This document shows positions 36,023 to 45,039 of a stretch of 64,000 nt of DNA, piece after piece. The notes under the pieces are model-generated. The model was not told where the DNA came from and ran no database searches. It saw nothing but the letters and a program-made list of their open reading frames with translations. Source of the stretch: Spirochaetota bacterium (GTDB lineage Bacteria > Spirochaetota > UBA4802 > UBA5550); NCBI GenBank assembly GCA_035403465.1, contig DAONFG010000009.1, positions 159 to 64,158 on the forward strand, written 5' to 3'. Within the stretch, counting starts at the first letter, position 1, and every line of letters begins with the position of its first letter. The position numbers were made by a program, and so were the translations under genes.

Positions 36023-38726
36023 TTTCGATCTTTGATCTGTATGCCGCAATTATTTTTTTCTGCTGCGGAATGTACGAGTACTGGTCAGCCCTGTCTATCA
36101 GTTCGCGCATTTTCTTTTTGTCTGAAGTGTCTGTTTTCTCCAGCTCCTCGATAACTTTGTAGAAGTCGGCATTCATCTTTTCAAGTTTTGCATGCGCAAG
36201 GTCCCATAGAGTGTCACCGGACTGGACAACCACCTTTTCACCGTCGAGCATAATAAACAGGTTGCCCGGGTATATCCAGTGCGGGTTCTTCTGCTTTATT
36301 CCTTTATATGTGATCTTTTCGTAACCGTTTTTGACAGCTACGTCGTTCGCGTAATTGAATATGTCTATGTCGCGGATCATTACGTTTCTTTTAATCAGGA
36401 GTTCTTTTTCTTCGGGGTTTACCCTCTTTACAGTGATTACCGGGCCTGTAACAGAGCTCCCTGTCTCCGTAACTTCACCTGTACCCGCTGAACCTTTTTT
36501 ATCCTTTACCCCTGCCGTACCTGAACCTGCAATATCCTGGACCTGCACGCCTGTTCCGCCTGCACCAGCAGTTTCAATTGCGGCCTGTCTCTTCTTGTAA
36601 AGAAGGAAAGCCAGCAGAGCAAGGAGAAGAATGATTACCGGTATGGCAATCATCAGCCGCTTTTTAAGGGAATCAGCTGCTGAACCGCTCCGGCCAGCAG
36701 CGTCCGGGCCTTCACCTGTTCTGCCTGCGAATACTGAGGACACGTAATGTACAGCCCTCTGGTAAAACGGAACGTTTTCTTTACCAATGGTAATCCCGGT
36801 ATTTTTACCCGCGGCAAAATCATCGGAATATACAGCTGAATGTACGGCATCATAACCGCCCGTGACTTCAGCACCTGCGGCAGCATCATATCCATCTGCA
36901 TCTTCGTTAAAGATCAGGGATGAGGAGGTGTGTTTCCTGGCTGCACCTCCGGTACGCGTGTGTATGCCTGACACGGCATCTTCAGCGTTGGGGTAGAGGT
37001 CGACTGAATAAATCTCCTTCCTGTTTTCGATTTCATCTTTGAGGTTGAGTATCTGTTCCTCGAGTTTAGCCAGTTTACCTGAACTCCTCCTGTCGTCATA
37101 AAAATACCGCAGCAGCCTCAGGAGCCGGATTCTGTCGGCAAGGATCTTTTCGCCGAGTATCTTCTGCTGGAGAGACATTCCGTACCGCCTGACGGTCTCG
37201 GAAGAGTATACATCTGTAAAAAAGTCCCCCTGACCCTGGTCAACTTTTACCGGGATCTGGTAGCAGGAGTTTTTGAAAATACCCAGTATTACACAGTAGT
37301 CCTGGGCCTGGTCATCGGGAATGGAGAGTCCCACCCTGCTGAAATATTTCTGATGGATCTGGCGCAGCGCGCTGAAAAATCTGCGGTCGCTTGTGCTGTT
37401 CATGTGAAGTTTTAGCAGCGTTGCCGTGTTAAACATCCGGGCAAATTCACGTTTGTCACCGGCAAGCCCCTCAATGTATTCCTCGATTGACGAAACATCC
37501 CCGGCCGCAAATGCAGCCGTTACCTCTTCGGGTGCTGCCAGCATATTGATGATTTCATCCTCACCCTGGAACTTGCGGAACTCGTACTGTATGCCGCGCT
37601 TTATCATGAGACCGGTGGATGCAATTTTTGCAGCGTGCGGGTTGCCGTCGTCTATTATGATGACAGGTACCTCGGTCGATTTGAACAGCAGGGCTGATTC
37701 CTCGTAAGCGGTGTATGTTATAAGCACAAGGTCGGGGTTTTCTTTAAGCATTCTTTTGGTCTCATGGTGCAGCTTGATGAATGCAACAGTCATTTCATCT
37801 GTTGATCCCTTTGTTCTGCAGAAGAGTTTCAGGTTCGGTGAGTTGTCGTATCCTGTTATGCGGAGTCCTTCGCCGGTGTTGTAGTTTATACCTGAAAATC
37901 GTTCATCAACAAGCGTGCAGTTTTTAAAGAGTTTCTTGATAAGATCGATCTGTTCCGGGTTGTCGGAGAATATGCGGATCTTGCCATCGCGGGCATTCTT
38001 GAATTTCATAAGGCTCGACAGGTTCAGGATGTTCTGGGAAGGCAGCAGTACTTCACGTATCCTTGACGGATCGATCCTTAGTGTCGAGAAATAATCAAAC
38101 GGTCCTGACGGGTACTGGTATGATGTGAAATATCCTCCGCCGTAAAAGACCGGGTTATTCCCCGCTATGACAAAACCCGAACCTGAATACCTGTCGGATC
38201 CCTTTGAGTCTGACGAGATCTTCTCCTGTATTGTGGTAATGCTCAGGTTGTCATTAAGCATGCTGTTGAGGTCGAATATGTCGGATTTATCATGAACGAT
38301 CTTTATGTTTCCGTCGCTGTAGAAAACTCCTATGAACTGGTCCCGGTCGCTGACGCTGCTTTTTTTGGGAAGTTCCGGAATATCCTTTTCAATATTGACG
38401 ATGGATACATTGGTGAGATCCAGGCCGAAATTTTTCTGGTAGTCAAGGAAACGTTTAATTATGGATTCACCGCCGATGTACCTGTTTGCCACAAGGTTGC
38501 GTATGTCGATGTTGAACTGTTCATGCGCAGGGTTGCCCAAAATTTTATCAGTAATTATGATGTTCTCAATAAGTGGGATTATCTCCACCGGGAGATCGTA
38601 CCATGTGCCGATCCTTATGAATGGCCGGTCATCGTTGATCGAGCTTCCGGTGAATATAATGAAACATTCCGTATCAACAACAAAAAGCCTGTCCGCGTTT
38701 TCCCTGATAATTTCCTTAAATGTCAT
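36015..38726 (-). CDS. Large bitopic protein: ~690-aa cytoplasmic domain of unknown family, Gly/Ala-rich linker, one TM helix, extracytoplasmic LysM-like tail
   Basis: 903-aa ORF with TM LMIAIPVIILLLALLAFLLY. The C-terminal block FNYANDVAVKNGYEKITYKGIKQKNPHWIYPGNLFIML...VVVQSGDTLWDLAHAKL matches LysM-type signatures (NPxxIYPGxxL and GDTLWxLA). I saw no Walker or other catalytic motif in the N-terminal domain. Confidence 0.65.
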   Translation of the reverse strand: MTFKEIIRENADRLFVVDTECFIIFTGSSINDDRPFIRIGTWYDLPVEIIPLIENIIITDKILGNPAHEQFNIDIRNLVANRYIGGESIIKRFLDYQKNFGLDLTNVSIVNIEKDIPELPKKSSVSDRDQFIGVFYSDGNIKIVHDKSDIFDLNSMLNDNLSITTIQEKISSDSKGSDRYSGSGFVIAGNNPVFYGGGYFTSYQYPSGPFDYFSTLRIDPSRIREVLLPSQNILNLSSLMKFKNARDGKIRIFSDNPEQIDLIKKLFKNCTLVDERFSGINYNTGEGLRITGYDNSPNLKLFCRTKGSTDEMTVAFIKLHHETKRMLKENPDLVLITYTAYEESALLFKSTEVPVIIIDDGNPHAAKIASTGLMIKRGIQYEFRKFQGEDEIINMLAAPEEVTAAFAAGDVSSIEEYIEGLAGDKREFARMFNTATLLKLHMNSTSDRRFFSALRQIHQKYFSRVGLSIPDDQAQDYCVILGIFKNSCYQIPVKVDQGQGDFFTDVYSSETVRRYGMSLQQKILGEKILADRIRLLRLLRYFYDDRRSSGKLAKLEEQILNLKDEIENRKEIYSVDLYPNAEDAVSGIHTRTGGAARKHTSSSLIFNEDADGYDAAAGAEVTGGYDAVHSAVYSDDFAAGKNTGITIGKENVPFYQRAVHYVSSVFAGRTGEGPDAAGRSGSAADSLKKRLMIAIPVIILLLALLAFLLYKKRQAAIETAGAGGTGVQVQDIAGSGTAGVKDKKGSAGTGEVTETGSSVTGPVITVKRVNPEEKELLIKRNVMIRDIDIFNYANDVAVKNGYEKITYKGIKQKNPHWIYPGNLFIMLDGEKVVVQSGDTLWDLAHAKLEKMNADFYKVIEELEKTDTSDKKKMRELIDRADQYSYIPQQKKIIAAYRSKIENE

Positions 38727-40435
38727 TTTGCAGGTCCCCTGTTTGTTTTATATGCCGGTTTTATTATAGCCATGAAATCGCGGTACGACGCGGCCTTCAT
38801 TGCGTTTTCTCTTGTCTGCCTGTTGGAAAATATATGAGAGATATCCGCAAGCAGCTTTATCTGCGACTGCTGGCTGCCCGGCGGAGTGAGTATCATGAAT
38901 ATCAGGTGCGCGGGCCTGCCGTCAATCGAGTCAAAATCGACTCCGTACTCCGATCTCGCGGCGACTATACACGGCTTCTTCAGACCGGGAACTTTTGCGT
39001 GCGGAATCGCTATGCTGTTCCCGATACCAGTACTCATCATCTCCTCTCTCTGGATGACAAGACAGGCGATATTTCCAGCCCTCAGCCCGTGATAGCCTTC
39101 GAGTTTTGCAGACATGATATTTATTGCTTCAGAAGAAGAATGCGCCTTCAGATCTGATAAATACAGTTTATTCACGATAAGGTCAACCAGATTAATGTTT
39201 TCATCAGGTTTAAGGAAAAATTTCATCAGGGGGCCGCTTAAAATCGATGTTACCACGGCGGTGAGTACTATTGCCTCATAGAGGTTTTCATGTATCAGGC
39301 CGTTGTGAAGGGCAAATATACCCAGGATTATCCCCATGATACCGCTTGAACTCATACCTGATGCCAGGGCCATGGCCTCGTTTGTTTTCATTGCTGTAAA
39401 GCGTGCCGCGATCAGTGTCGCGCTGATCTTTCCGCCGTAGATTATAACAAGGAGTATAACCGGAAGCAGTATGGTGAAATTGGATATAAAGTCGGTCCTG
39501 AGTCCTATGGATACAAAGAAGAGCGGGGCGAATATATTATCGACAAACTGTGAAATAGTATTGCGCGCCTGTTCCCGCAGGTGAGGCGAATCACCGATCG
39601 CAATACCCGCAAGGAATGCGCCGAATATGGCATGGACACCGATTGTTTCGGTAAGGGCGGACAGGATGAGCCCTGTAACCATTGTAAAGGTTATGACTCT
39701 TCCCTGCCAGTCGGCACCGGACTGTATGCGCGGCAGTATGTAGTTGATCAGGTATCGCAGAAGTGTGAGTATAAGGACGGACACAAGTATTGTGAGCGCG
39801 ATAATCCTGGCAATTGCGTATCCGCTGATGCTGCCGGTCAAAAGCATCTGGATCAGCACGGAAAAAAGGAACCAGCCTGTAAGGTCCTTCAGTACTGCGG
39901 AGGTCATTATCAGCATCCCGAAGTCGGTGTGAAAAAGCTGCATATTGAGCAGTATGCGTGCAATCAGCGGCAGGGCTGTTATGGATACAGAGATTCCCAC
40001 GAATATTGCAAGGGGAATAATTTTGTCATCAGCCCCGAAGAGATTGGGGTATAGAACAGTTGCGATCATGCCGAGCGAAAAGGGTATGATTATGCTGATT
40101 ATGGTAATCAGGATTACAGATCTTCCCTGCCGGATTACTGAAGAAAGATCGACCTCCAGTCCGGCTACAAGCAGCAGGAAGACCGCGCCAAGCAGGATAA
40201 AGCCCTCCAGCGTGATATAGGGGATTGCCGGAGGAGCGGGAAAAATATACAGGTATAGCCACGGTGACAGACGGCCCATTATTGTGGGCCCCAGAATTAT
40301 CCCCGCGATTATTTCTCCGGTAACAGACGGTAAATTAAGCCTGTTGAAGAGCGTCCCCATAGTTTTGGCGAAAGCCAGCATAATGGCGATTGAAATAAAC
40401 AGGGTGATTATATCATTTCCGTTAAAGATACTCAT
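38723..40435 (-). CDS. CPA2-family cation/proton antiporter fused to a C-terminal PTS EIIA (type 2, Ntr/fructose-like) domain
   Basis: 570-aa ORF. About 400 aa are a polytopic Na_H_Exchanger-like region (GEIIAGIILGP...). The C-terminal domain carries the EIIA-2 phospho-His signature GIGNSIAIPHAKV...HLIFMILTP. Confidence 0.85.
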   Translation of the reverse strand: MSIFNGNDIITLFISIAIMLAFAKTMGTLFNRLNLPSVTGEIIAGIILGPTIMGRLSPWLYLYIFPAPPAIPYITLEGFILLGAVFLLLVAGLEVDLSSVIRQGRSVILITIISIIIPFSLGMIATVLYPNLFGADDKIIPLAIFVGISVSITALPLIARILLNMQLFHTDFGMLIMTSAVLKDLTGWFLFSVLIQMLLTGSISGYAIARIIALTILVSVLILTLLRYLINYILPRIQSGADWQGRVITFTMVTGLILSALTETIGVHAIFGAFLAGIAIGDSPHLREQARNTISQFVDNIFAPLFFVSIGLRTDFISNFTILLPVILLVIIYGGKISATLIAARFTAMKTNEAMALASGMSSSGIMGIILGIFALHNGLIHENLYEAIVLTAVVTSILSGPLMKFFLKPDENINLVDLIVNKLYLSDLKAHSSSEAINIMSAKLEGYHGLRAGNIACLVIQREEMMSTGIGNSIAIPHAKVPGLKKPCIVAARSEYGVDFDSIDGRPAHLIFMILTPPGSQQSQIKLLADISHIFSNRQTRENAMKAASYRDFMAIIKPAYKTNRGPAK

Positions 40436-40670
40436 AATGTTCTGTAATAAAGCACATCTTACACGTTAACGTTAAAGTTTCAATAAATATTTTTATATAT
40501 CATAAGGTATATGGAGGGATTGAATAAATTGTCCCTCTGTAATTATTGTCGAATCCCCCTTGCTTTTTTAAGCCATTTGCTATACCCTGCATTTGAAACA
40601 GATACTATCCTTTTAATGTGAATAAAAGGCTTTTTTATACCGATAATAATACGGGCAATAATATAAATTT

Positions 40671-43052
40671 ATGAAACGGCTATTCAGCATAATATCAGAC
40701 CTTGTTTTCAGGTTCCCCAGGATGCGGCTCTTTGCGGGGATGGTGCTGATTTTTGTCCTTTTCAGCGTTCTAACCGTGATCTTCACACAGAGCGACCAGG
40801 TAACAACCGATCCCGTGGGATGGGAAAAATTCATGTCATATTCTCCTGCCGGCGTGCAGTGCAGCAATGTCAGCGGTGAAAAAAACGGGAACACCGTGGC
40901 TATTGTTTATGAAGGGTCCAGGGGCGGTAAAAAAGGGATTTATGTCAATGTTTCGTTTGACGGGGGACTCAGTTTCCTCGCACCGCGCAGGATCGCGGAG
41001 TTTGTTTCGCAGATCAATAACATGCCCTGTGCTGCAATTTCAGATTCAGGTGAGATACGCGTCGCATGGTATTTTATTTCCGGGGATGGGTCCAACGGGA
41101 GCATGTTCCAGTCCTCTTCGAAGGACCTGGGCGTCACATGGTCCGAGCCTGAACAAATTACGTTCGGGCTGCAGATGGAGATTCTGCCTGTGATCAAATA
41201 CGACAGGCGTAATGTTCTGCATCTTTTCTTTACAGCGTACAGGGGACCTGTGTTTACCCTTTTTCATACGACAGCTGAGGCGAAGGACGGGAAGTTTGCT
41301 CTCCCTGAACCTGTGGCAGAGATGGAGGGTGATGTCAAGGGATCGTTCTTCCCCGCTGTAAAGTTCACGGGCAACAGGGCTGCAATCGTGTGGCAGGCGA
41401 AAGAGAAGAACTTCGCAGACTCCCTGTACTTTTCCGGCTCAGATGACTATGGCCGGAGCTGGAGCGACGTGGAGAAAATCACACCGCCCGGTTCAAACTA
41501 CCAGGCGCCATCCATTGAGATGGTCGACAGGATGATCTACCTTGTGTTCATGAATAACAGGGACAGGAACTGGGGGATCAGGATGATCAGCAGCAGGGAC
41601 GCAGGCGAACACTGGGACGCGGTGCCGATGAAGATATCCGATACCAACGCTAACTGTTATTCGCCCAATATTTCGCTGGGACCGGATAACGATCTTTATA
41701 TAACATGGCACGATACCCGGGAGAAAGGCAACAGGATTTTCCTGCGGAAATACTCGATCCCTTCGCGGGAACTCTCCCCCGAGACCGGGCTTTCCGTACG
41801 CAAGAGGCCGGGGCGCAACGCTTTCGCGCTGAATACCCCGAGGAAACTGATTGTGTTCTGGGAGGAGGCTGGTTCAATAGTCAGCCTGTTTGCCGACATG
41901 CAGGTCAGCGCGCCTGTTGTGCGGTCGCGTACCCACCCTGTTGATTCATGGACACGCAGTACCGATGCCGTAATCGAGTGGAACAAGCCTTCTGATGAAT
42001 CGGGTATAGCGGGTTATGCAACTATATCCGACCGGAATCCCGAGACAAATCCAATGATCCAGAACCTGAGGTACGATGTTAATTCGGCATACGTGGATAA
42101 CCTTGAAGATGGAATAACATATTTCCATATCAGGGCTGTTGACGGCGCTGGCAACATGAGCCGTACCATCCACTATAAACTGCAGGTAAGTTCAAATCCC
42201 CTTGCAATGCCTGTTGTAGTTTCCACTACACACCCGGAGTACGAGAAGTCTTTAAAGACCGACGCGGTGTTCAGGTGGGCGGTCAATGATGCACGGCGTC
42301 TTAAGGGATTCGTTTACAGCCTGTCAAAGGGCGTTGCGCTCAGGCCTGACAAATACGTCGATGATTTTAATATCGAGTTCAGGAACCTGGAGAACGGTGT
42401 TTACTATTTCAATATTGCCGCGGTGAGTGCGACAAACCAGGTTAGTACGGTTTATACATACTGTTTCATAGTTGGTATGGAGGGTGAGATTGACAGGAAT
42501 TACCTTAAAGACCAGGCTGACCGGGATTGGGGCTTTGATGGAAGGGAACGGGTCGTAATCCCTGCACCGGCGATTGAGATACTGCTTCCCTTCGGCGGGA
42601 AGGACTGGTTCGCGGGAAGCTCGTTCGATGCGGAGATCAGGATGAAAAACATTCCGCAGGATAGAATCATGGGATATTCTGTTGTAGTAGACAGGACGAG
42701 AAAAGTCCCGCCGGAAAAGATAAATCTTAAGAACGGCAGGCTTTCGGTAAAAGACCTGGCTGACGGCAGATACTCTATAGCCGTGAAGTGCAGGTACTTC
42801 AGGTATTCAGGGAGCAGAAAGGTTGAGGTCTGGAGTGAACCGGCATATGCCGACTTTGAGATAAGGCTGCCGGGCCTGCTGTCGCCGCTCGATGACCTGT
42901 ACTATGCTGTTATGCAGAAGATGAAGGAGCACCCGGTCGCAATACCCGTGTTTATGCTCCTGTTCGCAGTAACGGTCATATATACCGGTTTCAGCAGCAG
43001 GATAGTATTCTACTATAAACTGCTCGATTTTAAAATACGTTATTTTTTCTGA
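40671..43052 (+). CDS. Membrane-anchored BNR/Asp-box (sialidase-fold-like) protein with two tandem beta-sandwich repeats
   Basis: 793-aa ORF with N-terminal TM MVLIFVLFSVLTVIF. Asp-boxes are SFDGGLSF, SKDLGVTWS, SDDYGRSWS and SRDAGEHWD. Two ~100-aa repeats begin PVV(R/V)S(R/T)THP and end YFHIRAVDGAGNMS / YYFNIAAVSATNQVS. The C-terminal TM is IPVFMLLFAVTVIYTGF. Confidence 0.65.
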   Translation: MKRLFSIISDLVFRFPRMRLFAGMVLIFVLFSVLTVIFTQSDQVTTDPVGWEKFMSYSPAGVQCSNVSGEKNGNTVAIVYEGSRGGKKGIYVNVSFDGGLSFLAPRRIAEFVSQINNMPCAAISDSGEIRVAWYFISGDGSNGSMFQSSSKDLGVTWSEPEQITFGLQMEILPVIKYDRRNVLHLFFTAYRGPVFTLFHTTAEAKDGKFALPEPVAEMEGDVKGSFFPAVKFTGNRAAIVWQAKEKNFADSLYFSGSDDYGRSWSDVEKITPPGSNYQAPSIEMVDRMIYLVFMNNRDRNWGIRMISSRDAGEHWDAVPMKISDTNANCYSPNISLGPDNDLYITWHDTREKGNRIFLRKYSIPSRELSPETGLSVRKRPGRNAFALNTPRKLIVFWEEAGSIVSLFADMQVSAPVVRSRTHPVDSWTRSTDAVIEWNKPSDESGIAGYATISDRNPETNPMIQNLRYDVNSAYVDNLEDGITYFHIRAVDGAGNMSRTIHYKLQVSSNPLAMPVVVSTTHPEYEKSLKTDAVFRWAVNDARRLKGFVYSLSKGVALRPDKYVDDFNIEFRNLENGVYYFNIAAVSATNQVSTVYTYCFIVGMEGEIDRNYLKDQADRDWGFDGRERVVIPAPAIEILLPFGGKDWFAGSSFDAEIRMKNIPQDRIMGYSVVVDRTRKVPPEKINLKNGRLSVKDLADGRYSIAVKCRYFRYSGSRKVEVWSEPAYADFEIRLPGLLSPLDDLYYAVMQKMKEHPVAIPVFMLLFAVTVIYTGFSSRIVFYYKLLDFKIRYFF

Positions 43053-44020
43053 TTATGGATAGCTGCAGTTTCTATAAAGACAGGAATAAACTTTTCGAGT
43101 TCCTCGATTATGCATATATCTGAATGACTGAATATGGCTGCTCCAGGGTCACGGTTGATCGATACCACTGTTCCTGAATCCTTCATCCCGGCGATATGCT
43201 GAGGTGAACCTGATATTCCGCATGCGACATAGAGCAGGGGCGAAACCTTTTTCCCGGTGAGCCCTACCTGGTACCTGTATTCTATCCACCCGTTGTCGCA
43301 TAACACGCGCGATCCTGCAATTGAAGATTTAGGGAAGAGTGCGGCCATTGACCTGATCAACTCAAGGTTCTCCTGTTTTCCTGTTCCGCGACCTGCGGAG
43401 ATTATAACCTCGGCATTTTCCAGTTCCGGATTATTCTCGGAGGTGTCGGTAACCGTAATGTGTGATGTCGACTCCAGGCTGATGTCGTGTTCCATAAACC
43501 CGACGCTGCCGTAATCAGCTGCGGTCTCACCAGAACTGAAAGCACCGGGCATGACTGTTATTACCAGCGGGACTTCACCCGTCTCGTAAGCCATTTCGAT
43601 CTTACCGTGAAACCCGGCGCGCCTGAACCGTGGTTTGCCCTCCGATGTTTCCACTCCCGTGACCGATGTTATGCATGAAGCACCAAGAATTGCTGCAACG
43701 CGCGGTGCATAATCATAGCCAGCCGATGTGTGCGGAATAATAACAAGGTCCGGACTTAATTTCTGTGATGCTGCAAGAGCGGCCTTTGTCCATGCCTCGG
43801 CGGAGTAGTGCATGAACGCGCTGCCATCGACTGCCAGCAGGTCTGCCCCGTGGATCGGTCCGGGATTTATTTTATTGCACGGCATCACGGCAGTTATCCG
43901 GCAGTGAGCCCCATCAGCAATTTTCAGCGCACAGTTTATCATCTCGGCGTCGAGTGATGAGGCAGGATCCCGGGGTTCGCACATTATCATTATTATATAA
44001 CTCATAGTACCATCCGTCAT
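43040..44020 (-). CDS. etfA: Electron transfer flavoprotein, alpha subunit
   Basis: 326-aa ORF with the FAD-binding signature PLLYVACGISGSPQHIAGM and the block VISAGRGTG. Confidence 0.85.
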   Translation of the reverse strand: MTDGTMSYIIMIMCEPRDPASSLDAEMINCALKIADGAHCRITAVMPCNKINPGPIHGADLLAVDGSAFMHYSAEAWTKAALAASQKLSPDLVIIPHTSAGYDYAPRVAAILGASCITSVTGVETSEGKPRFRRAGFHGKIEMAYETGEVPLVITVMPGAFSSGETAADYGSVGFMEHDISLESTSHITVTDTSENNPELENAEVIISAGRGTGKQENLELIRSMAALFPKSSIAGSRVLCDNGWIEYRYQVGLTGKKVSPLLYVACGISGSPQHIAGMKDSGTVVSINRDPGAAIFSHSDICIIEELEKFIPVFIETAAIHNQKK

Positions 44021-44033
44021 GCGCTGCGTTGTT

Positions 44034-44816
44034 TCATATCAAAGACTTTTTGTGAAGTATCTGCCACAATGATTCAGCTTTTTCTTTTATTGTTCCCTGC
44101 AGGACAGTACCTGCGCGCTGAGGCCTTGCGTCGAGCACCTTGATTACGGATTCGTAATGTCCCGGCCGGATTTTATCGTGCGACCTGATTTCGGTTATCA
44201 CGGCAGTTTTGGCCCTCATTACATTAGAGAGCGAGGGGTAGCGCGGCCTGTTTATCCCTGACTGTAGAGTTACGAGTGCAGGGAGCCTCAGATCCATGGA
44301 GCATTCAGAAGATCCGTCAAGTTCCCGTACCACATGTATCATCATATTAACGGGGTCGATTTCCAGTTTAATGACACCTGCTGCAGACGGGTAACCGAGC
44401 AATGCGGCAACCATGGGCCCGGTCTGGCCTGACATCATGTCTTCGGACATAACTCCTGTTATTATTAAGTCGTAGCGCATACTGCTGCAGAATGCAGTGA
44501 TCAGGTGTGCTTTTAATGAGGGGCTTATGTACGCGTTTTCATCGAGATATATGTGAATCCCACTGTCTGCGCCCATCTCTATCCCGCGCCTGACCGCGTG
44601 CTCAACCCTCCCGGGTCCTACAGAGAGTATGTCAACTTCTGTTCCGGGATAAGATTCTTTTATGCGCAGTGCCTCTTCGATGGCATGTTCATCAAAGCGG
44701 TTAATTCTGAAAGCGGTGTGTTCGCCGTATTCAGCCCAGGTGCCGTTCCTGTTAATTACGGGTTTCGATTCTGCGTCAGCCAGCTGTTTTATGCAAACTA
44801 AAATGCGCATTTTCAC
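44034..44816 (-). CDS. etfB: Electron transfer flavoprotein, beta subunit
   Basis: 260-aa ORF with blocks MRILVCIKQ, DLIITGVMSEDMMSGQTGPMVA and RPRYPSL. Confidence 0.85.
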   Translation of the reverse strand: MKMRILVCIKQLADAESKPVINRNGTWAEYGEHTAFRINRFDEHAIEEALRIKESYPGTEVDILSVGPGRVEHAVRRGIEMGADSGIHIYLDENAYISPSLKAHLITAFCSSMRYDLIITGVMSEDMMSGQTGPMVAALLGYPSAAGVIKLEIDPVNMMIHVVRELDGSSECSMDLRLPALVTLQSGINRPRYPSLSNVMRAKTAVITEIRSHDKIRPGHYESVIKVLDARPQRAGTVLQGTIKEKAESLWQILHKKSLI

Positions 44817-44845
44817 CTTCGGTTGTACTGTTGTGCATAATTTTT

Positions 44846-44870
44846 ATACCCGCGTGTGCGGGAATGACAG
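44846..44870 (+). repeat. Palindromic intergenic repeat unit, copy 4
   Basis: Sequence is atacccgc-gtgt-gcgggaatgacag. It has the same stem and the same ATGACAG flank as the copies at 6022 and 7647. Confidence 0.6.
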
Positions 44871-44991
44871 GATTTTATCCGTAATTTAATGCAAAATTGA
44901 AATTCGTCATTCGTGTCAATATAATATAATCAGTAATAATTCCTGTATTAAAAAAAATCAATAAAAAAACGGACGTCCGTCTTTTTTTTTC

Positions 44992-45020
44992 TTGACTCTG
45001 CCGATGTAAAAGGGTATTTT
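44992..45020 (+). promoter_or_regulatory. Candidate sigma70-type promoter for the histidine-phosphatase/ACAD operon
   Basis: TTGACT (44992..44997), a 17-nt spacer, then TATTTT (45015..45020). GGAG lies 8 nt before the ATG at 45040. Pattern match only. Confidence 0.3.
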
Positions 45021-45039
45021 TTTCCCATGGAGACGGTTA

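Noticed and set aside
38292-40054. Plus-strand ORFs of 181, 145 and 157 aa opposite the 903-aa gene and the antiporter
   Set aside because: Shadow ORFs with no motifs. The minus-strand genes have strong coding evidence: TM periodicity and the EIIA signature.
40609-40637. ccttttaatgtgaataaaaggctttttta hairpin upstream of the BNR gene as a terminator or small-RNA end
   Set aside because: The stem is 7 bp and almost all A-T. No upstream plus-strand gene exists for it to terminate. It is too weak to call.
44966-44990. aaaaaaacggacgtccgtcttttttttt as a bidirectional terminator
   Set aside because: The palindrome acggacgtccgt leaves only a 4-bp stem after allowing a loop. A/T runs alone are insufficient, and it sits between divergent rather than convergent genes.
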